Positions 1 through 14,578 of a stretch of DNA of 64,000 nt are shown here, piece after piece. The notes under the pieces were generated by a model. The model was not told where the DNA came from and searched no databases. It saw only the letters and a program-made list of their open reading frames with translations. The position numbers and the translations under genes are program-made. Numbering within the stretch: position 1 is the first letter of the stretch; each line of letters starts with the position of its first letter. This DNA is from Octopus vulgaris (taxonomy: Eukaryota), in assembly GCA_951406725.2 (NCBI GenBank), contig OX597830.1, positions 29,140,001 to 29,204,000 of the forward strand, given 5' to 3'.

Positions 1-407
1 GATCTGCGAAATTTCAGGCATCCAATATGCCTATTACTAAATCCACTGCGTCTGAATGCAAACATGTCCAACAATACATGCATACATACAAACACAGACA
101 CTTACTCACCCCACCACACACACACATATATATGGTGTGGGGGGTGGGGTGATGGAAAGACAACGGAAGAGAAAGAGTAACCAAGTTAGTGTAGGTCAAG
201 AAATGTGGGAGGAGCACGTCGTAGCGGATAAGGAACTCTTTTTTTCCGTATATTTATATGTTTATTTGGCTAAGTCTATATGGGTAAGTAAATAATTTAC
301 GCGGTGAGACGGATTAAAGCTTATTTTTGTTCCTCTCTGTTTATATTTGTCGATGAATTTACACATGAATACATGTATACATATAGTTTTGCATGAATAT
401 ATATTTG

Positions 408-480
<73 letters not shown>

Positions 481-621
481 GAATATATATATGTATATAT
501 GTATATATATATTTGTATATAAATAAATATACATATATATACACAAACACATATATATTTATATCAATCTATACTTCTATCTATCGATCTATACATAGAT
601 ATACACACCCGCGTGCTGACA

Positions 622-652
<31 letters not shown>

Positions 653-725
653 CGCTCTCTCTCTCTCTCTGTAGACATATATATATATATGTATATATGT
701 TTGTATATATATGTATATATTCATG

Positions 726-804
<79 letters not shown>

Positions 805-2299
805 GCGCATATTGATATACATTGTGAGTGAATGACATTTGGAGTCTGAAACGGGTTGCATACGCTTTGTAGCAAGGCTGGACCCATTGAATATACAATT
901 ATAATTATATGAGAGTTATGAGGTTTCACATATATTATCAGCATCTATTGAAAGCAAAATCTAAAATTACTAATGTAAACAAAGACCACGAATCGTAGTA
1001 TCAATCATAATAATAGGGAAGATGACCACAAGAGTAATTTTATAACAAATAATAATAATATTCAGTACAAAACCATCAAAATCAATACTAAATAAGTACA
1101 CAATATTTCTGCAGGGATCCATAAAACATATGAAAACAATAAGTTTGCATTCTGCAGATAATGATTTTGCATTGATTACATAGTTGTATAAAATAAATAT
1201 TGTTTATAATCAGAGAAGTCTATATGTATTAAATTTTCGTATTGTAGACGATTTCTCCACGAGTTACAGTACCTATACAAGTCAATAGATAAATATGTTT
1301 AAAACGAAATATTAACGCAAATTTCGTTTCATTGTTTGTAGTGGGGTACGTATGCATCCGTGATAGATAATATTACGTTTCCTTGCTACATTTCTTATGT
1401 CAAACGACATGTCTGTCCCATTGAATCCCTATACCTACTGGCTCTCGGAGCACTTTATGTAGGTGTAGACATGCATACATACATATATACATACACACAT
1501 ACATACAAACATTCAGTGCTAATTGAACAGCAGTAAGGCATTTTCTATTATACATGTACTATTCCAGGTATGTTATATCATGTCTTTATTTCTTATTGCA
1601 CATCCTATGTTTTTTAGTCTTTCGTCGCACACATTCGTCAGTCTTATTCTGTCTCTCTATGCTCTGGCGCTCCCGTTGATAACGGTGGTCTTGGTTTTAA
1701 ATAGCGTGAAACCACTAAGACGTCACGAAAACCAGCTGATAAGAAAATCGGCTGCCAATGTTTCTTGTATCGCGTTTTCGTCTCCCTTTTTTATCCCTTA
1801 TGTTTTCGCCCAGTTTTCATATAATTTTTCCTTCTATGTCTAACTTTTCAAAAATACATGCATATATGTACGTCAAACTTCTTTCAGTTTCTTCCATTAT
1901 ATCCACTCGCAAGACTTTGGTCAAACCTGTAGTAGAAGACACTTGCCTAAGGCGCCACGCAGGAATTGTTAAGACAATAGGATATTTTCCTACTTTTTTT
2001 AACATGAAACCAATGGTAGCCTTAATTCCTAAATATAGAAATGATATATATATATATACCCATATATATATATGTATATATATATTACAAATACATACGC
2101 AAACACATTTTAGATAAATATATATATGTGTAATATAATATGCTATAATATACATATATATATAATATAATATTTACATATATAAATATGAGATGAGCAC
2201 TTCAAGAGTTTTCGCCGTTCCATTGACATACTTGTTGCACGATGCGAAACGATTGAGCACTTTGCTATCACTACTCAATAAAGTTGGGTAACAACCTTC

Positions 2300-2850
2300 G
2301 ATTGTTCATACGTAAACGTGGAAGATGCAATGGTGACTTTAAATGGCATGATGCTAAGTTCTGCAGCTGGCCCCGATGGATTATATGCCCTCGTATAATA
2401 AAAGATGTAAAGTTTTAGCTAACTCATTTCAGATAAATCTGTAGAACAGCGTAATGTGTCCTATTCCCAAGAGTGAAAGCAGGATATAATCTAAACTTTA
2501 CGGGCCTCTTTCTCTCTCTTCAAATACCTGCAGCATCATTGAATTATGTTTTAGGCGAAAGGTCATCACCTTCTTAAGAGTAAAATTACTTCATGACGTT
2601 TTCCTAGAAACAAACAGCCCACGTCGGCTCTAGTACTACAAGTGGGCACTGACAGGGATATTCAATCATTTGAACGATGTTATACATCTTCAGTATAACC
2701 TTGATATTGCTGACAATTTGCGTAGCATATGCGGGACTTGGACATAGCTATGAAATTAGGAGAGATGTATGACTTACCACTCTGTCACGTGCTAAGAGGC
2801 AGAAGTCAGAGAGCAGTAGGTAAAGGGAGTCTCTCAAATGACACCGCTTT
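2300..2850 (+). mobile_element. Degenerate CR1/L2-type LINE reverse transcriptase fragment (N-terminal RT motifs)
   Basis: Manual translation through stops and frameshifts gives SSAAGPDGLYAL (SAAGPDG at 2360-2380) ... VPIPKSESR ... YGPLSLSSNTCSIIE ... RKVITFL. This matches the GPDG / PIxK / YRPISLTS motifs of APE-type LINE RTs. Boundaries are approximate. Confidence 0.7.
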
Positions 2851-3384
2851 TAAGAGGATTAACACGGGCAAATTTTCAAGAAAATAACAAGTAATTTGAC
2901 GCTGGAAGATTTTATGGTCTTCGCTATCAGACCAAAGAAATTTCTTTGTCGTAAACTGCCCTTGGTAGGATTGCAGTTCGAAAGTAGCATTTAGTACATG
3001 ACCTATCTACAAATAAGAGTTATGAGAAATATTTACATGTACACGTTACAAATTTGGCAGGGATGCGCAGAGGATTAGCGGGACGAGTGTAATATTATTC
3101 TTTACAAATGAGACGAAAAACCACGTCGCTTTAAATTAGAACACTTCAATATATATTGGTATATGTATACATGGATGTATATATGTATATATATATGCGT
3201 ATACTTTTATACTTACATACATACACATACGCACGCACACACACATATATGAATAAATATACACTTATATTTGAATTTGTGCTCCTAAGTGTATAGACAC
3301 GTATATCTGTGCAAATATATGTGTCAATATATATGAATATGTGCATATATATGTATATGAGCACTTATATGTGTGCATATATAT

Positions 3385-3534
3385 TGTGTGGTAAGTAGCT
3401 TGCTAACCAACCACATGGTTCCGGGTTCAGTCCCTCTGCGTGGCATCTTGGGCAAGTGTCTTCTGCTATAGCCCCGGGCCGACCAATGCCTTGTGAGTGG
3501 ATTTGGTAGACGGAAACTGAAAGAAGCCTGTCGT

Positions 3535-3578
<44 letters not shown>

Positions 3579-3807
3579 GTGTGTATATGTTTGTGCGTCT
3601 GTGTTTGTCCCCCTAGCATTGCTTGACAACCGATGCTGGTGTGTTTATGTTCCCGTTACTTAGCGGTTCGGCAAAAGAGACCGATATAATAAGTACTGGG
3701 CTTATAAAAGAATAAGTCCCGGGGTCTAGTTGCTCGATTAAAGGCGGTGCTCCAGCATGGCCGCAGTCAAATGACTGAAACAAGTAAAAGAGTAAAGAGT
3801 AAAGAGT
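3385..3807 (+). mobile_element. SINE family A (tRNA-derived head, internal (TA)n(TG)n tract, GTAAAAGA tail); near full length
   Basis: B-box-like GGTTCAGTCC, CTTGGGCAAGT core-like motif and tail CCAGCATGGCCGCAGTCAAATGACTGAAACAAGTAAAAGAG. At least eight related copies occur in the window. Confidence 0.9.
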
Positions 3808-4170
3808 ATATATATATACAGAGAGATACATATATTTCATATATATCAGTTTTAACAAAGATTAGGCAATTCATTAAGTTATGCTCACCGTTTCCCTTTC
3901 GAGTTAATTATACCGGTTATATATTTAAAAAAATAATATTTAGGCATTGATAATATCTCCGCACCTATTGCTTGTTGGATCACTGGATCACATTACACTT
4001 GAAAGTCAGCGAAGCTATGAACGGAACTATTACGTTTATAGCAAATATACTGGGCCTCCACTCTCTACTGAACAGATACCTTTATGTGTATATGTATGTA
4101 TGTATATATGTATATATATGTATATATATATATATATATACTTATATACATATATGTATATATATGTATG

Positions 4171-4224
<54 letters not shown>

Positions 4225-5469
4225 TGTGTTACACTCAGAGGCGGTGACATAGTTTCACACATCCATCCGGACATCATTTATATATATATGCATGCATTCA
4301 TACATAAATATATACATATATATATATATGTGTTTGTGTGTGTATGAGAGTGAGTGTGTGTCTATGTTTGTATACAGATACATAGATAACGGGATAGATA
4401 GATAGATAGATAGATAGATAGCAACAGATGTACGATTCGTTATATATGTGTGTATGTATGTATATGTAGATGTATATATATATATATATATATGTGTGTG
4501 TATAGTTGCGTAAATAAATGCTTGTTTATGTATGTGAGTAGTGCCTGTGTTTATATATATATATGTTTGAGCCAGCGCGCGTTTGTGTTTATAACAGCTA
4601 ATTAGTTACGGTGAGTTTGCAAAATATCCTGCAGCAAATTATCGAAAATCTGTTTATGAGTTTTAGAATTAGTGGTTGGTACATGTAAGTAGGCGCTAAC
4701 GACCAAACGAAACTGTGTTACTTGACTTGCTGACTGTCGAATCTACGGGGTGGAATATATAACAGCGTTAACCCATGTCTTCTCTCAAGCATATTTTCAA
4801 CATTCTGCATAACTGTTTTATAAATTACATTCATAACACTGCATATTCATTATTCTTAGCTTTAAGCTTTAGGAAGTTAGATTATGTTACATGCTAAGTG
4901 CCATTACGCATTTGCCCACGCCTGTTATGTATGTTATCTGTCAATTCGTATGCAATTTAACAGCAAAGCAATATTTGATATTTCTTAAGAAAACATTCAG
5001 AAAATGATGCGTGAGTTTTTGTATTATTTAAGAATTGGTGCTTGTTCTACACTCCGATTCAATATATCCGATGTTCATTTTTAAGTTTCCGAGACGGTGC
5101 AATTTGAATTCTTATTTCGTTTTAAATAAAAATTGAAAAATAAAAAAAAAAGCAGTTGTAAGTAGTATAGATATATAATTCATCATTGACTTCGATGTTC
5201 TTTCGTGTTCAGATGTTTCAAATGTGTTCTAGTGTTTACAGCTGGATATCATTGGTAATTGTACGTGCTTAGCTAACGTTAAACTCAGTTGTGTTCTCTA
5301 TATGTATTGATGATGTAGCCAGAGGAAACAAGCCTATAAATGGTTTACCAAAGGAAATACGTGGGAGAAAATTGTTCGGTTGACATAGCTGTCAGAAGCC
5401 CCACAGATCAAGAAAAACAATACATACACAAATACACACACATATACGCACACATGCACACGTAAACAC

Positions 5470-5520
<51 letters not shown>

Positions 5521-5524
5521 TATT

Positions 5525-5646
<122 letters not shown>

Positions 5647-5715
5647 CATGTATATGTATGTGTTTGAATAGATTGATTGACTGATAGATAAATAGTTAGT
5701 TATATATATATATTT

Positions 5716-5746
<31 letters not shown>

Positions 5747-6810
5747 GTAGATAGATAGATAGATGATAGATGGATGGATGGATAGATATAGATATATACT
5801 TATACATATATGTGTTTTGGCGTGTGTATGAAATATATGTGTAAAGAAAGATGTCTGTGATCACTGAAGTGTATATGAATAACATTGACAAATAAAATTC
5901 TAACAAATAACATACAAAAAAATTTTGTATTATGAAACTTATCACCAAGTTTAGGTTACTACGTAAACGCAACTAAGAGACAGACAATAATCCAAAGACT
6001 TAAGAATTCTCCGAAGTTGATATGATATTAAACTGTATTTCGTGCTTATAGTTTAAATACTTGTATACATACATACATGCGTGTGTGTGTATGAAAGTAT
6101 ATGTGCGTTTTTATACTTATAATTTTATACTCTTGTATTATTCTAAGTTGCATATGTGGTCGTTATGTTTATAACCACTTGCGCAACGATGTATAGACAT
6201 TTTGCCTATGATATAGCGGTAGTTCTTACTTTGTCAAATGACCGCACGCTGGGGTCGGACTTGTATCTTTTCGATTTTGTTCTAAGATAGTAAAATTGTA
6301 TAAAGAAAACAGTGGGTTATTGATCAGTATTCAGGAGTGAATCGATTCAATATGCATTAATTTAGCCTCTATATCAAATATCGCCAATGTAGTATATAGC
6401 TGCATACACCAAACCACTACCCAATGAATGTCGAATGACATTTTGTAAAGAAATGTAAGGACCCGACCTAATCTCACACCGGTTTTGTTTGTTGTTTTTG
6501 TTGTTAACTTTAGTTCGAACCATAAATTGCACTGATACGAATTCCACAAGCTTTTCAGCAACCTGGACAAAAATAAAATTAGATTATGCATGTAAGAAAA
6601 ATAGGAAAAACAAAAACAAAACTAAAAACAAACAGATGCAATGTTGGCGGCTAAGATATTTCTAAATGAAAGCATGATAGAGCAATGATGAATCTCTCTC
6701 TCCCTCTCACTCTCTCGCTATACATACATACATACATACATACATACATACATACATACATACATAATACATACATACATACATACATACATACATAATA
6801 TATACATACA

Positions 6811-6861
<51 letters not shown>

Positions 6862-6896
6862 CTGTATATGTACATGTGTGTATGTACATGTGTGTG

Positions 6897-6935
<39 letters not shown>

Positions 6936-6940
6936 ATATG

Positions 6941-6995
<55 letters not shown>

Positions 6996-7011
6996 TAAAG
7001 TGTAAAGTGTA

Positions 7012-7316
7012 ATGAACCCTTTGGTCATGAATGACTATGTGATTCCACCTAGAATCTTACCCTATGACGCACATGTCTGATAAAGGTTGATTTTTGGAAG
7101 ACCAGTAGTCGCCCGGGTATACCACCAATGTTATCCATGGGGAAAGTAAAGAAATAGAGCTCGGTACCAAAGACGTTGCGACTCATTTCTACTGATGAGT
7201 GAAGTGGAGCAACATAAGATAAAGCATCTTGCTCTACAATACAAAACATCCTGTTCTGGGAATCGAACTCGCTACCTCACGATTGTGAGCCCAACACTGT
7301 AACCATTTACAGCTAT
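7012..7316 (-). mobile_element. SINE family D, diverged copy
   Basis: The reverse complement aligns with 29199-29505: B box GTTCGATTCC and 3' end CATTCATGACCAAAGGG. Confidence 0.75.
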
Positions 7317-7361
7317 ATAGATACATGCATATATATATGCATATATATATATATATATATG

Positions 7362-7401
<40 letters not shown>

Positions 7402-7668
7402 CATATACATGTATATATAAATAAATAAATGAATATAAATGCTTGTGTATAGACATATATATTTATATATTCCTCACCACTACACTCGCAGATTAACATT
7501 AATAATGAGAATGTACTTGTATATTATCCCTGTGTCTGTTCGCACGCTGGTGCGTGTACGTATGTAGATAGGTATATATACATATATATATACAAAGACA
7601 CGCACAGCACGCTGCAGAAACAGTGACATACATACATACATACATACACACATACATACATACATACA

Positions 7669-7702
<34 letters not shown>

Positions 7703-8279
7703 CATATATATGTATATGTGTGTGGGGGGGGGGTGTCTGCGTTTCTGTGTGTCTGTGTGCAACGCGTAAAGCAGAGATTATTGGAAAACCTGCCATTTAT
7801 TAATTTATTAATTTTTTTGACGTTAGTATATATAATTAATATGTATATTGGAATGAATAACATTTTAATGAGAAATATGAAATTTGGTGCATTATATTTC
7901 AAAAATATGTTTGTGCGTGCTTACAACGTTAAGGATCCCTTTATCGGAGGAGATCTAATTGAAATCGCAGGAGAAACCAAACATTTGTCATCAGATTCAG
8001 GTACCTAAGTGAACCAAGATGGCATTTTTCGAAATAGAGATGAAGGTTAACATCTAAAACAAAGTAAATAATACATAAAATAAAAGGAAAGAGAAGATGT
8101 TTCTTGAGAAACAGGCAAATTACCAAATGCAACTCCTTTATTCTGGCATTGAATAATTTTGAAAAACTTGAAGTCTGTAACCATTTTCTACAGACCAAAA
8201 AGTGGGTGAATATTTTCAGGATGGCTTTCACGGTACGAAGAAAGTAGCAAATTTTTTCCAGATTTTCCTTTTTTTGATT

Positions 8280-8615
8280 TCTAATTACAAAGTAGGAATG
8301 ACTGCAATACTTTTATTCACAGCTCTGCTCAGATGCCGGGAAATCTTAAGCTAAACAGCCTGAAATAATGTGTTCACTTCCACAATCTCATGCGAATTCA
8401 TACGTAAACTAATCTCTCATTTAGGTACAATCCAGCAATTTTGGAGGAAGATTTTCGATGGATACAATAGTCTCTTGTATTTGACTGGTACTTTCATTTG
8501 TCGAGCGCGGAGGGTTAACCGACAGATTTAACTTCAGCCGGATTTGAAGTCTGAATGAAAACCGTAGATTCAAATATCGCAAAGCATTTTTCTGACGCTC
8601 TACTTATTCTGCCTT
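8280..8615 (-). repeat. Left arm of a local inverted duplication containing an old SINE-B copy
   Basis: The reverse complement matches 9295-9630, including non-consensus bases and flank beyond the SINE end. Confidence 0.75.
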
Positions 8616-8828
8616 TTTCTCATCATTGTCGTTTCAAATTACCAAACATTTTATTGTTGGGGTTTATTTTGGATAATAGAGGGGGTAATTATGGTAACTA
8701 GCAAGGACTGTCACGTTCCGAATTCAGAGGCATATTTAAGAAATATAGAAGCTTATTAACAGGCTAGTGGAGAAAATTCAGAATATAGTAAGCTGGACAT
8801 TTGATATGTATCTTATATTCTTTTCTAT

Positions 8829-8978
8829 TCTAGGCACAATCACGAAATTTTGGGGGAAGGCCCAGTCGATTAGATCGATCTTAGTACGCAACTGGTACTT
8901 AATTTATCGATCGCAAAAGGATGAAAAGCAAAGTCGACCTCGGCGGATTTGAACTCAGAAAATAAAGACAGACGAAAC
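8829..8978 (-). mobile_element. SINE family B fragment
   Basis: Reverse complement of the family-B core: TTCTGAGTTCAAATCCGCCGAGGTCGACTTTGC...TTCATCCTTT...TCGATAAATTAAGTACCAG. Confidence 0.85.
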
Positions 8979-9294
8979 ATGTATCTTATGTCGTATTAAT
9001 GCTTTTTGATGAAATCGCAAGGGTAACAATTTTGAGTTTGATATTATGACCTAAAATCTAGAACAAATATCACAGTTTCCAACATTTTAGAAATTCAGTT
9101 TGCTCACTAACCTTTATTTATACCTACGATTCTATGCCACTTTTCAGTCTACGGATAAGTCGCCTGGCAGTATTTAATGGATGAAGGCCATTACTATGAG
9201 TAATAATAATTTACACATTTCAGGTTATTTTTTCAATAGTAACTGATGATTTATGCTTCTACTACACATTTCCTATAATGTCAGAACATCATGG

Positions 9295-9630
9295 TAGTGA
9301 AGTGGCAGAATAATTAGTGTGTCGGAAAAATGCATTGCGATATTTGAATCTGCACTTTTCATTCAGACTTCAAATCCTGCTGAAGCTAACTTTGCCTGTT
9401 AACCCTCTGCGTTCGACAACCTAAAGTACCAGTCAAGTATAGGAGACGATCGTATCCACCGAAAAAATCTTCCTTCAAAATTGCTGGATTGTGTCTAAAT
9501 TAGAAAGTAGTTTACCTATCATTTCGTATGAGATTGTTAGGACATTTAAATTGAAAAGTAAGTTTGTAAGAATGGTTTTCATGTTCTTTGAAGTTATTGT
9601 AGTTCGTTGTAATTTCTACTCTGTACTTAA
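9295..9630 (+). repeat. Right arm of the inverted duplication (old SINE-B plus flank)
   Basis: Pairs with 8280-8615. Confidence 0.75.
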
Positions 9631-10986
9631 ATTGAACGATTGACAAAAACTACATGGAACATATGAGATAAGATAAAACGTAAAATTATTTCAAAATGTG
9701 AAATACTTTAGTGTTCCTCCTAAGAATATTTTTGCTATTACGCACATGTTTAATAATGTGATAAAAGTATACACATGAGTTCGTATATGTATTTTATGAT
9801 TGTTGCTCTAACTACTAAACATGAACCAGTAACCGCTAATGATAAAAGATCAATTTCCTATGAAGTAGACAGGAAACGAAAATGTTACTTACGAAATGAA
9901 AATGAGATGATCTTCTGAATTGGAAACCGCGAAATGTGTTAAAACGGAAACGAAAAAATATATGTAGTTAGCTAAGAGGTTTTGTTATATAGAGTGTACA
10001 AAAAAAAATTAATAAATAAAAAAACAGAAAAAAAGACGAGTGAAAGAAAAAAAAAGAAATGCGAAAGAAATAAAGAAAAAAGAAACCTTAGAGAGACAGA
10101 AATCAACTAACACTTACACAGACTCAAATACACGCACTTACACAAACGTACAAAATATAAGAAATAAAAAAAATATAGATTTAGATTCGGTCTGATGTGA
10201 ACGCTATTAAAACACGACTCGAAGAACAAAGATTTTTGCATATTTTATGCCTGTTTATTATTTATTTTTTTAGTTTGTAATTTTATTTTATATTTATTTT
10301 TTTTTCAATATGTCAGATTTAGTGAGTGGTTACATAAAATATATATTTTATAGTCTAGTTACATCTTAGTAAAGAAATATGTTCAGATGTATGTTACCTA
10401 AGAGATTCTGTATGCCATTCAGACAGATATAATTTGTCTCTGAATTTCTTTCATTTTTGTAATGGATGCTCTGTAAGTAAGTAGATTAGGTTTTGTCTTT
10501 CCAGATAGCATCAAAGTCACCTTTTTCATGGAAATCGCAACTTGCTATAGATTTCCAAGAGTTTCAGTGATTACTTTTCATTTTCTTGTAATGCTGTTGT
10601 AAAACGTTTTAATTTGACTCACTCTGCTTCACTATCTGATTAAAATATTAACTGTGCATATATTATTAGTATTAACTGCATTGTATACATTGCAAAATAT
10701 ATTATTAATAATTTAATGAATAAATAGATGGCAGATTACCTCTTACGTCACGATGATATTAACTAAGTTATTTATCACATAAACAAACCACGTACCTAAA
10801 AACTCAGTAAATATATGCGTGTGCGCATGCACACACTCACACATACACACACGCACACACATACACACTCACGCATATATATACAACGGACAACATTTTG
10901 GAAATTGCAAAAAATAATAGAATTAGTTCTCTGAGCAATTATAAAATAATGTATTTACTTATACTAATATGTATATGGATGTGTAT

Positions 10987-11018
<32 letters not shown>

Positions 11019-11023
<5 letters not shown>

Positions 11024-11650
11024 TCCTCCTGTATGTGCCTGAATGCTCGACCCTTTCTCGATCCCAGATCAGACATGGAAGTGTTCCATATCCAATCCCT
11101 CCAAAGTATCCAAGGTCTCACGTGGAAAACAGAGTGTCTCATACCGAAATCCCCCTGGGGGTTTAGATCTAAAGTATTGAGTCCTACACCTCTCGTATTC
11201 GTCGCTGCTGCGGTTGGGCACATGAGTCTGATGTTGGGTGAATGGCTCGTACAAGATACCCTCTTCACAGCGAGATCGAAGCAGGTAGTAGGACACACAG
11301 ACATCGAAAAATTCGTTTTCGTGATCATTTTCAACATTTTCTCATTTTACACCGTGAATCTCCCAATAATTTGATGCCCCTAGCTCTTCTTCGGAAAGCA
11401 TGGCGATCCGTGTGTGATGCTGGGGTAGAGTACCTTGACATCGAATGCAGGTGAAGGAAACGACGTCATCAACTACCTCCCCACGTGTCATATTTTCGGA
11501 GTCACTTTCGGTACCTTCAGAGATACAGCATCTATTTAGTATCAGTCTTGTCAGCCATGTCCGCTTCCAGCAGAAATAATGGACTTGAGACGGAAGCGGA
11601 TGAATGTCATGGATCGACGCTGACTTAACCGTTGATGGGTTGATCTAGGC
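11019..11650 (-). mobile_element. Degenerate Penelope-like element RT/thumb fragment inside an (AT)n tract
   Basis: Minus-strand translation across frameshifts gives KSIISAG (RPIIS-like), AFDVKVLYPSIT (PLE RT motif A, FDVxSLYPSI), MLKMITKTNF, then pieces LAVKR / GILY / NIRLMC / SSDEYERCRTQYFRS resembling the PLE thumb. It is a GC-richer island flanked by (TA)n on both sides. Confidence 0.7.
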
Positions 11651-11691
11651 AGTACATATATATATATACATACATACATATACATACATAC

Positions 11692-11722
<31 letters not shown>

Positions 11723-11743
11723 CTTACATATATATATACTTAC

Positions 11744-11808
<65 letters not shown>

Positions 11809-12058
11809 CACACACATACTTATATACGTATACATATATATATATGTGCATGAATATATATATAAATATAGATATATATATACGTATATATATATGTATC
11901 TCTGTTTCTTTATATATGTATATATGAGAATTTTTGTTGTTTCTTTGCCCGATAACTGTTGAGGATTTGGTGACCTCATAAGCTTGTTTCCTATTTTTAA
12001 CCATTTATTATGTATTTTGTTTACTGCAAGTTTATATATACATACATGCATACATACA

Positions 12059-12125
<67 letters not shown>

Positions 12126-12699
12126 TGCATTCTATATATCTTTATGTACAAGGTCCACCTTTAAAATGAAAGGTGCAAATATATATGCCATTCATACAAC
12201 GCCCACTTCACCAGGCTTATAAATATTAGTACAATAAGATTTTCGCTTGCCATTGACATTGACCCAGTCTGGAAGCGAATTTGTGTACGTAAATGATTCA
12301 TTGACATACCTTTATAGGCAAACGTCATTGCGAAAAAAAAGTAGACTTAATGAACCTCTCTTATACTTATCGGATTTTCCGTTAATTTAAACTAGAATCT
12401 ATTATAATAATGAGAATTACGCCAAAGCATTGCATGTATATGCTTCTAAGTTTATGTCGTGAGTATAATGTTGTTGTTTATGCCCTCAAGTGCTTACTTC
12501 ATAATTTTTATCACATCAGCGATATTTACTATCGCCATTGTGACGAAAGAATTAGTCCCATAGAATTGAAACCTTGGCAATTTAACTGTGCCGAAACTGT
12601 AGTCATATCTGGTTTCCCAGTCTGACGCGTTATGTTTCATGTTTAATTATATTTTACCGTAAATTTTACTGCTCTTTACTTAACGCGGTTTTCAATCAG

Positions 12700-12775
12700 C
12701 TGCATCTTCAAATCAAACGAAAACTCTTCTGAGAGAGAAGGAAAACACATGATGAAGAAAAAGAAAGCAGCACCG
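12700..12775 (+). CDS. Candidate internal exon of an unidentified host gene (76 nt; one open frame, CIFKSNENSSEREGKHMMKKKKAAP)
   Basis: Pyrimidine-rich tract plus TCAG acceptor and CCG|GTAATT donor in purine-rich non-repetitive sequence. No homology recognised. Confidence 0.25.
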
Positions 12776-13121
12776 GTAATTTAGTCTTGAATCTTACAAA
12801 GATGGAAGTTGAACTGAACGGAAATTGAACTCGATGCGTCGAGTTACTTTAAAAAAAAAAACGCAAGGCGTTGCTTCCCTTGAGTCGGTGCTTAATGCAT
12901 ACGTATCGATGAGTTAAGTAGTCACACTACATCTATTGTAAATCCATTCAAATCTAGGATGATTTACAGGATTATTCGTTCGATACTTAGGTATAGTATT
13001 CAGAAGAATTATAAAATATGGAAACTTTCTCCTCAGCAAAATCTGATCTAAATAGCGCGAGCATTTTAACTGTTACTTGAACGTTCATGGGAATCCTTCT
13101 AAGTGGAATAGATCTATCTGA

Positions 13122-13540
13122 AGGCGGCGAGCTGGCAGAAACGTTAGTACGCTGAGCGAAATGCTTTGCGGTATTTCGTCTGCCGCTACGTTCTGAGTTC
13201 AAATTCCGCCGAGGTCGACTTTGCCTTTCATCATTTCGGGCTCAATTGAATAAGTACCAGTTATGCACCAGGGTCGATATAATCGACTTAATCCGTTTGT
13301 CTGTCCTTGTTTCTCCACTCTATGTTTATCCTTTTGTGGGTAGTAAAGAAATAGGTATTTTGCCTGCCGTTACGTTCTGTGTTCAAATTCCGCCGAGGTC
13401 GACTTTGCCATTCATCCTTTCGGGGTCCATAAATTAAGTACCAGTTACACACTGGGGTCGATGCAATCGACTTATAATCCCTTCATCTGTCATTGTTTGT
13501 CTCCTCTATGTTTAACCCCTTGTGGGCAATAAAGAAATAG
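13122..13540 (+). mobile_element. SINE family B (Meta/MESC-like central domain), head plus two tandem 184-bp bodies, with target-site duplication (TSD)
   Basis: Head GGCGGCGAGCTGGCAGAAACGTTAG, B box GAGTTCAAATTCC and core GCCTTTCATC.TTTCGGG.TC.AT.AAT.AAGTACCAG. TSD GGAATAGATCTAT (13105-13117) / GGAATTGATCTAT (13540-13552), with one mismatch. Confidence 0.9.
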
Positions 13541-14493
13541 GAATTGATCTATACAACCGATAATTTAATGGATTGCACCATGTAAGTAATTTGGTATTTA
13601 TACGATAGAATTCAATAATTCAGTATAAACTATGTTTTGTGGTACCAATTAATAAAGGTTCTCGGAATGCCTTGTTATATGTTAAAGTTCTGATTTCGAA
13701 TTCAACTTTGGTTGTCAATTCAATGTTTAACAACGTAAATAAGTGAATACTCCCTGCTTCACTTTACACTTTATAAAAAAATATGTCTGCCTCATAAATA
13801 CCTAGTAATGAGTAGCTGAATGTAAGCCTGAACGATGGTTGAAGTACTTGCTCAGTTAGATATTAAGCTCTTTGGAGAATAAATTTTGTACGCAGTGGAT
13901 AGATAATTAAAAAAAGTAAATAATAAATGGAAATTTAAAAAAAATAGAATAAAGTAAAATAATAAACTAAACTAATATAAAATAAACTATAATATTAAAC
14001 AGGAATCTTGTTTTCTCAAATCTTAAAATAATTTTTCTCTGCCAGATTTCCCATATGGATTTTACATTAGCAATACAATAAGTGATAGGCGATTCGTATT
14101 TTGTAGCGATTATAACCAAAGAATGTAAAGCAAAAAAAAAAGAAAGAACAAAACACTGTAAAAAAACAAGGAAATGGGCTAAAACAAAAATAAAAGAGAA
14201 AAGAAGAAAGCAAAAACGTCTAAAAATTATAAGGGGTAAGGTTAAAGACGATGTTTGTACGAAGGGTAAGAAAAACAATCCGATACAAGGAGATCTAAAT
14301 TGGATTTTCACATGTTGATCATCATTCAAAATGTATGAATGTTAATCATGGAGGACTAGATTAGATGCTGCTGGCTAATGTAGGGGACAAGCAGGTATTT
14401 AAATTATCAGAGTTTGGGATGCTTAAAGGCGTATAATGAGTTATCCATGTGTTGTCACTTTTCCAAAAGACAATAATAATAATAATAATACTG

Positions 14494-14578
<85 letters not shown>

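Noticed and set aside
1545-1572. TTCCAG|GTATGT as a recursive splice site
   Set aside because: The polypyrimidine tract is weak and there is no evidence for the transcribed strand; such a match is expected by chance.
10898-11374. 158-aa plus-strand ORF and overlapping ORFs as a host gene
   Set aside because: It spans a microsatellite and is the antisense of a frameshifted PLE RT remnant.
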